This document shows, piece by piece, positions 59,211-64,000 of a stretch of 64,000 nt of DNA (position 1 is its first letter; each line of letters starts with the position of its first letter). Under the pieces are notes generated by a model. It saw only the letters and a program-made list of their open reading frames with translations. It was not told the DNA's origin and ran no database searches. The position numbers were made by a program, and so were the translations under genes. This DNA comes from Turneriella sp. (lineage in GTDB: Bacteria; Spirochaetota; Leptospiria; Turneriellales; Turneriellaceae): contig CBDIID010000003.1 of the NCBI GenBank assembly GCA_965279515.1, positions 448,001-512,000 of the forward strand, in the 5' to 3' direction.

Positions 59211-59240
59211 GTTTTACAACATCGAAGGGGGGTGTGTCAA
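59211..59240 (-). promoter_or_regulatory. Candidate late promoter
   Basis: TTGACA-18 nt-TAAAAC upstream of the lysis genes. Confidence 0.4.
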
Positions 59241-59258
59241 GGTCGTACTTGCCGACGA

Positions 59259-59510
59259 TTACGCAACTTGCCGATCTTTCATAAAAAAATTTTCATCAAA
59301 CAGGTCGAGTTGCTGCAGTTTGGAGCGCTTGAATGTGCGCGTCATGAAATTATCGAGAGCGGATTGCGTGATGACTTGCTTGCGGTTCGAATAGCGGTGT
59401 GCTTCGAGAAGACCCCAAGCGATATAATTTGTTACGGTGCGATGGCAGACGCCTAATTTTCTCGCAGTTTCAGGGACGGAAAACTTCTCTTCATCGAGAG
59501 CGGTCACCAT
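59259..59510 (-). CDS. Xis/MerR-like HTH protein, candidate late-gene regulator
   Basis: FSVPETARKLGVCHRTVTNYI..G.L; position equivalent to Mu C/Mor. Confidence 0.75.
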   Translation of the reverse strand: MVTALDEEKFSVPETARKLGVCHRTVTNYIAWGLLEAHRYSNRKQVITQSALDNFMTRTFKRSKLQQLDLFDENFFMKDRQVA

Positions 59511-59579
59511 TGAGAACGAAGGTGCACAAAAAAACTCGCGCCGTCAAGGAATAATCCAGTTCGTTGCGACGCGGCAAAA

Positions 59580-60005
59580 TTATCTCAGGTCGAGAACGCC
59601 GCCCATGATTCTGAAATCAGAGTCTTCTCCCACGATCTCAAATTGCTTATAAGTGCCATCAGAAAATTTTACTGTCAGTTGACTGACACCAACTCCTTCG
59701 AACTTCATATTACAGTATCGACTATCTTTTCCTTTACCTAATTCCTTCATGAACCTTGTGTACGCGTCGATTAAGATAGCATCGCTTTCCTCTTCTGATT
59801 TGCGTTTCTTTTTGAGCGAATGTTTTGCGTCTTCCAAAATTTCTTCTTGGTTCAAAAACCCCTCGTAGATTTCTGTTTTTTTCTCGCAGACTGCTAAGAT
59901 GAATTTGCTGAGTGTAGCCGACGTTTCAATCGGAGACCTCCGATGAATGCTCGCCGTGATGGACACAGTAACCAATGCCGACGCGAAAAATATTGAAAGT
60001 TTCAT
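59580..60005 (-). CDS. Exported/membrane protein co-oriented with the repressor
   Basis: Signal-like N-terminus, GGAGG RBS, AT-rich. Confidence 0.7.
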   Translation of the reverse strand: MKLSIFFASALVTVSITASIHRRSPIETSATLSKFILAVCEKKTEIYEGFLNQEEILEDAKHSLKKKRKSEEESDAILIDAYTRFMKELGKGKDSRYCNMKFEGVGVSQLTVKFSDGTYKQFEIVGEDSDFRIMGGVLDLR

Positions 60006-60018
60006 TTTTCCTCCATGC

Positions 60019-60777
60019 CTACTTATTATTTAGACGAATAACGCCAAGATACCGGCCGACGATCTTCGGGAAATCTGTGCCGGTGATATCGCGATCTGGG
60101 AAGTTCGGATTTTCTGCGCGCAATGTAAACCTGCCGTTGTCGCGCAAGAATCGTTTCAGCGTCGATGCCCCGTCAAGGCTGATCGCGACGATTTCTCCCG
60201 ATGCTACCGAAGCCGGATCTTCGACGAGACTCATGATCGCGAGATCGCCATCTAAAATGCCAGCGCCGATCATGGACTCGCCACGAACGCGAAGTGCGAA
60301 CACCGTGCCCTTGCGACGCAGAAGCTTCCTATGAACAGAGACCGATTCCTCTGCGTGCTCAATTGACTCCATGGGGTTGCCCGCTGCAATTCGGGCCACA
60401 ATAGGGATTTTTACAAAATCTTCATCGTTAGAGTCGTCTGCCTTTTGAATACGTACTAAGTTTTTTCTTCCCAAGAGCTCAATCAGCCGCTCGATCGTTT
60501 TGCGCTCGTCACCACCAAGGTCATCGAACGGACCCTGATCACCTCGGTGCACCGAATCACCAGCAGGACCGACCTTCATTTCGCCGTCCCCGGTGAGAAG
60601 CCAGTCTAAGTTTATATCGTACTTTTCGCGAATCTTAAGCATGACCGCTTGGGACAGGCCGGATCGCCCCTTAAGAACATCGGTGATATAGCCAGCCGTC
60701 ACATCCAAAGCGGCGGCAAAATCCTTTTGGGAAAGGCCTGCTTTATCGATTACTTGGCCGAGTCGCTCAGAAAGCAA
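60019..60777 (-). CDS. Prophage repressor, XRE HTH plus S24 peptidase (CI/LexA-like)
   Basis: GLSQKDFA...INLDWLLTGDG; IAAG cleavage site, GESM Ser, LKRF Lys. Confidence 0.92.
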   Translation of the reverse strand: MLSERLGQVIDKAGLSQKDFAAALDVTAGYITDVLKGRSGLSQAVMLKIREKYDINLDWLLTGDGEMKVGPAGDSVHRGDQGPFDDLGGDERKTIERLIELLGRKNLVRIQKADDSNDEDFVKIPIVARIAAGNPMESIEHAEESVSVHRKLLRRKGTVFALRVRGESMIGAGILDGDLAIMSLVEDPASVASGEIVAISLDGASTLKRFLRDNGRFTLRAENPNFPDRDITGTDFPKIVGRYLGVIRLNNK

Positions 60778-60793
60778 GCTCTACCGCCTTGAA

Positions 60794-60846
60794 ATACGAT
60801 AAAATCTTATTTTTTATTTGACGATAAGTTTTAATCTTATTACCTT
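60794..60846 (+). promoter_or_regulatory. Early promoter with two 17-bp operators
   Basis: TTGACG(60818)-17 nt-TACCTT(60841); ATA(A/C)G-N7-CTTAT at 60794-60810 and 60824-60840. Confidence 0.8.
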
Positions 60847-60849
60847 GCC

Positions 60850-60942
60850 TCGGTTGCTGCTGCTGCTAATCGAGTGCACGTCGTGCACTCGAACGCGGCG
60901 GCAACACCGACCCGGCCACGAGGCCAAGCTACAAGGCCGGGT
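60850..60942 (+). ncRNA. Candidate structured leader RNA (two stem-loops)
   Basis: TCGAGTGCACG-T-CGTGCACTCGA core with outer pairing; ACCCGGCC/GGCCGGGT second stem. Confidence 0.45.
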
Positions 60943-60973
60943 AAAGTATAAATGAGAGCAAGGTAGGGGGATT

Positions 60974-61567
60974 ATGTCACATAGCGAATCGCCAGTTAAT
61001 CTGGTTTCAAAAGCACGAAATCGGGCTGCTCAGACTCTAAGGGCTTTAGCCAATGCTCTAAGCCCCGCTTTAGAAACAGGTCTTTTAACAACTCTGGCGA
61101 CGATATGCCGGGATGTAAGAAAACTGGAAAAACAGATCTTCGATCTGCAAAATAGGTTTGGATCGCTTCATCGGAATGTTCACTCATCAGGCGATTATTC
61201 GCCACGAAGCGCACCTTCACCTGTTGAAGAAGAGATAAATTCAACAATCGAAGAATGTATCCTCCAAACTCGCGGAAGTCGTGGCGCGAGCATCGACCGC
61301 AAAACTTCTGCGGTGCGCAGGGAAATCCAGAACAGCAACGCGGGCATCCAATCATCAAAGGCCCTTTGCAATGCACGCACCAAGTCGGCGCATGGTGATC
61401 GTCGTAGTACTCGCTCGACTTATCGCAATCGAGACACAAAGCATAACGTGACGGGCTCTCCAGTGGGCTCAGTCGCATCGAAAACAAATCGGATTTCTTC
61501 ACCTTCACGAAACGGACTATTAGAGGCCAGCCTCAAAGTGGCAAACAAAAAAGGAGACCACACATGA
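60974..61567 (+). CDS. Hypothetical first early ORF
   Basis: Purine-rich RBS; stop overlaps the next ATG; Ser/Arg-rich composition is doubtful. Confidence 0.4.
   Translation: MSHSESPVNLVSKARNRAAQTLRALANALSPALETGLLTTLATICRDVRKLEKQIFDLQNRFGSLHRNVHSSGDYSPRSAPSPVEEEINSTIEECILQTRGSRGASIDRKTSAVRREIQNSNAGIQSSKALCNARTKSAHGDRRSTRSTYRNRDTKHNVTGSPVGSVASKTNRISSPSRNGLLEASLKVANKKGDHT
60996..61508 (-). CDS. Double zinc-ribbon protein antisense to the early operon
   Basis: CLDC, CVHC, CPRC, CGRC. Confidence 0.6.
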   Translation of the reverse strand: MKVKKSDLFSMRLSPLESPSRYALCLDCDKSSEYYDDHHAPTWCVHCKGPLMIGCPRCCSGFPCAPQKFCGRCSRHDFREFGGYILRLLNLSLLQQVKVRFVANNRLMSEHSDEAIQTYFADRRSVFPVFLHPGISSPELLKDLFLKRGLEHWLKPLESEQPDFVLLKPD

Positions 61568-61854
61568 TTTCAACTACCGCCGACGCGCGCAAGGTTTTCA
61601 CCTGGCGCGACATACCGGTGAAGAGCCTACAATCCGTACGAGCGCGGCTGATAAAAAAATACGGCACGCTTTCACAGGCCGCTGCTGATCTGCGCATCCA
61701 TTATGTGCGACTCAGCCACGCCGTGAACGGACGGGAGTACCTGATATGGGTAATCACTATCCTTCAACGCGATCTCGAACTCACCGATCACCAGGTACTC
61801 ATGCTTTGGCCGCTGCTCAAAGCCTGGCCGAAAGAAGACCGGAGGGCAGCGTGA
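61564..61854 (+). CDS. Ner/Cro-like HTH protein
   Basis: GTLSQAAADL...LSHAVNG HTH, LWP; AGGAG RBS; divergent from repressor. Confidence 0.65.
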   Translation: MISTTADARKVFTWRDIPVKSLQSVRARLIKKYGTLSQAAADLRIHYVRLSHAVNGREYLIWVITILQRDLELTDHQVLMLWPLLKAWPKEDRRAA

Positions 61855-62051
61855 CTCCTGAGATCATAGCAAAACTCGGCATGCTCTCATTCAATGAGGG
61901 CTGCGGCACTCTCACACCTGGCGAGAAAGCGGAGCTTGATCTAGTAAGCAAGGTAGATTGGGAATTGAGTCCCGCGGCGAGTGCATACCTAAATGCTTTC
62001 ATGCTGCAAGCTTACCGGCTCGGCGAGCTCGTCGCGCGAGGTGAAGCGTGA
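61851..62051 (+). CDS. Hypothetical early protein
   Basis: GTGA coupling at both ends, GGAGG RBS. Confidence 0.6.
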   Translation: MTPEIIAKLGMLSFNEGCGTLTPGEKAELDLVSKVDWELSPAASAYLNAFMLQAYRLGELVARGEA

Positions 62052-62242
62052 AAGAATCAACGCGCGCCTACGTGCTCGGCATGTCGATCGGCGGATTCTT
62101 CGGAGCGATCGTCGGCATGTTCTTTGTCGGCATCGTTCTCGGCGTCAGAATCGGCGCCTACGTTCACACCAAACTCGACGACCGCGGCCAGATCGTGCCA
62201 CGCACTTCTCAACAATGCAACATCAATGGAGGTTTTAAGTGA
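62048..62242 (+). CDS. Small membrane protein
   Basis: One TM; coupled to neighbours. Confidence 0.6.
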   Translation: MKESTRAYVLGMSIGGFFGAIVGMFFVGIVLGVRIGAYVHTKLDDRGQIVPRTSQQCNINGGFK

Positions 62243-62469
62243 AGGCAATTAAAGTCGAACTCAACAAGAAAGGCGAGTTCAATCTCAACGGGATCATCTT
62301 CTCCACCTGCGGCAAGCTCGCCGGAGAAACGGTGCGGATCAAACGGTGCGCGAAGAAGGTGCTGCTCGCGTACGGCAAAGAAGAGGTCAGCGCGATTCTG
62401 CCGGTCGGGTTTGCGAAGAGCATGGCGGTATACGCAAATATGGAGGTGCGCGATGCAAGCGCCAACTAA
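62239..62469 (+). CDS. Hypothetical early protein
   Basis: GGAGG RBS, coupled. Confidence 0.6.
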   Translation: MKAIKVELNKKGEFNLNGIIFSTCGKLAGETVRIKRCAKKVLLAYGKEEVSAILPVGFAKSMAVYANMEVRDASAN

Positions 62470-62659
62470 TCCCTGGAAAATGGCGGATCTGGTGCCCAAA
62501 GAAGGCTCGGTGTTTATCCCCGGATTCACGCCAGAGAAGACAAGGCCGGTTACAATATTCACGAGCAACGATTTCACTTATGAAATCGGCCGAAGCACCA
62601 ACGGCCGAGTCACTGCGCTTTTTCACCGTAATTTAAAAACAGGAGAGGCAAAACTATGA
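62453..62659 (+). CDS. Hypothetical early protein
   Basis: GGAGGT RBS before ATG 62453. Confidence 0.6.
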   Translation: MQAPTNPWKMADLVPKEGSVFIPGFTPEKTRPVTIFTSNDFTYEIGRSTNGRVTALFHRNLKTGEAKL

Positions 62660-63318
62660 GACACATTTTACAACGCAAGCCCTGGCAATCCCAGCGCGAC
62701 AACCACCTGCACCCGAACGGTTCGTGCGGGCCGACGGCGACCATCAACGCACTGCATGCGGTCGGCCTCGAAATGCCGCGCGAAGACTTCGACCAGGAAG
62801 AAGACTTCTTCACCGACTGGCTGGAAAGACCCGAAGCCGTCGCCTACATGCTCACGCATTATCCGTTCGCCAAAGGAAGTACGCTACGCCCGCGCCATTT
62901 CGGAGAGATCTTAGCCTGGGGGGTGAACCAGATCATGAAGCCTGTCGTCGGCGCTGATGTGGCATTCCGCAAGGCACGTTCGATCACCGAAATGGCGCAG
63001 GCAATTTTTCGCGACCAGCCGGTGATCGTCAGCTGCAACTTCACCAGCGCCGGACACTTCATCTGCCTGGCGGGTGTAGAGATCGCGGATGATACCCCGA
63101 GCCTCGAAACGCTGACAGAAGATCAGATTCTTGCCTTCTTCGCTGACGACAGCTGGGGCGACTACAATGTGAACTACAAGAGCCGCGCCGGCGACAACGT
63201 TCGCTACACCATGCGCCTGATGCGCGAACTGATGAAGGGCGGCGACGGTTTCAAGTGGACCTCGAACCTGATCTCTAACCCGGCACACGACAAGGGCGGT
63301 TATGTTCCTGCTGCGTAA
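62656..63318 (+). CDS. C39-like (papain-fold) cysteine peptidase
   Basis: QSQRDN..GSCGPTA (Cys), GHFICL.G (His), DDSWG (Asp). Confidence 0.75.
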   Translation: MRHILQRKPWQSQRDNHLHPNGSCGPTATINALHAVGLEMPREDFDQEEDFFTDWLERPEAVAYMLTHYPFAKGSTLRPRHFGEILAWGVNQIMKPVVGADVAFRKARSITEMAQAIFRDQPVIVSCNFTSAGHFICLAGVEIADDTPSLETLTEDQILAFFADDSWGDYNVNYKSRAGDNVRYTMRLMRELMKGGDGFKWTSNLISNPAHDKGGYVPAA

Positions 63319-63451
63319 GTTTTTCAGCGCAGCGAAGCGCATGCTCGAATCACTCTCCGAGCAGTTCGAACCGGAATCGCCTGCCGACCGCGAGCTGCGC
63401 GAGGCCCGCGCTTCGCTCGTCGGCGAACGCGTGAGGAGGTCTCGCAAGTGA
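63302..63451 (+). CDS. Hypothetical 49-aa protein
   Basis: Hand-translated MFLLRKFFSAAKR...; fills the gap and couples to the next GTG. Confidence 0.5.
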   Translation: MFLLRKFFSAAKRMLESLSEQFEPESPADRELREARASLVGERVRRSRK

Positions 63452-63675
63452 ACCACCTCTGCACCCTGATCCGTTGGTTTCTCGACAACCCGACTGCCGC
63501 ATATTTCGGCCGTGAGGTTTCGCAGAAAACCGGCATCAGTGAGCGCAACTGCTACCGATACCTGGGCTTTCTCACCGAGGAAGGCATTCTCGTCAAAGAG
63601 GCCCGGGCTTACAGATTCAACGCAAAACTCGCGGCCAAATTATACCGCGAAATAAAATTAATGCCGCAAGGCTAA
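63448..63675 (+). CDS. Winged-HTH (IclR-like) protein
   Basis: EVSQKTGISERNCYRYL..L.EEG. Confidence 0.75.
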   Translation: MNHLCTLIRWFLDNPTAAYFGREVSQKTGISERNCYRYLGFLTEEGILVKEARAYRFNAKLAAKLYREIKLMPQG

Positions 63676-63684
63676 GAGGAAATT

Positions 63685-64000
63685 ATGGCGAAAAAAAATA
63701 CAGAAAACCAAATGGCAGAACTCAACATAGAGAACATGCCGAAGTCGGTGACCGATCCGGAAACGGGCCTTAAGGTCAAGGTCACCAAAGAAATGATCAT
63801 GGTTTTGATGAACGCCGAGCGCGTCATCACGACCAACATGGAGCAGCTGGCGCTCGCGCTCAAAACGATCCGCGACGATAAGCTATATCTGCTCTACGAA
63901 ATCGGCAGCATGGGCGAATACCTGGAGAAGCGGTTTTCTTTTTCAGAACGCTTCGGCTACAGCCTTCTGAAATTCGCCGACGTCTTCGGCGACAGTAAGC
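63685..64000 (+). CDS. DUF3102-like protein, truncated by window end
   Basis: GAGG RBS; L..IRD.KLY......EYLEKRF.FS pattern. Confidence 0.55.
   Translation, partial: MAKKNTENQMAELNIENMPKSVTDPETGLKVKVTKEMIMVLMNAERVITTNMEQLALALKTIRDDKLYLLYEIGSMGEYLEKRFSFSERFGYSLLKFADVFGDSK

Larger units (their letters stand above)
34054..64000. mobile_element. Prophage with contractile tail, probably transposable (Mu-like, B3/BcepMu layout); continues beyond window
   Basis: Full head/tail/terminase/lysis/repressor gene set; TG end with repeated GCGA.ATAAT(T)GCG sites; terminal methylase; IclR-like HTH plus DUF3102-like genes at the right edge; transposase itself not in window. Confidence 0.85.

Overview
Bacterial chromosome segment in two parts. 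The gene content suggests a spirochaete of the Leptospiraceae (Turneriella-like); this is inference, not a database result. Bases 1-34020 are mostly housekeeping genes: tetR/adh, nadB-crcB-yhaM-like, hflX, guaA, FNR, an outer-membrane TonB/OmpA operon, ybaB-recR, kdsB, rpmE, vapBC, fumarase and yidC-jag-mnmE. This part also has one IS5-type element and two families of REP-like palindromes. From about 34054 to beyond 64000 lies a myovirus-type prophage that appears transposable (Mu-like, B3/BcepMu-type layout). Its late genes run on the minus strand (methylase, tail, head, terminase, lysis), followed by a central LexA/CI-like repressor and a divergent early operon that runs off the window. The most striking signal is in the head module. 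The MuF (gp7-like) gene carries a C-terminal RNase-toxin-like domain, is followed by a small immunity-like gene, and has no convincing start of its own. It lies exactly in the -1 frame of the portal gene at an A9G slippery run, which predicts a recoded portal-MuF-toxin fusion. Other notable items are a second -1 frameshift (tail chaperone), a late-activator-like HTH with a QLDLF clamp motif, a structured RNA leader after the early promoter, and a lysis cassette with no visible endolysin.
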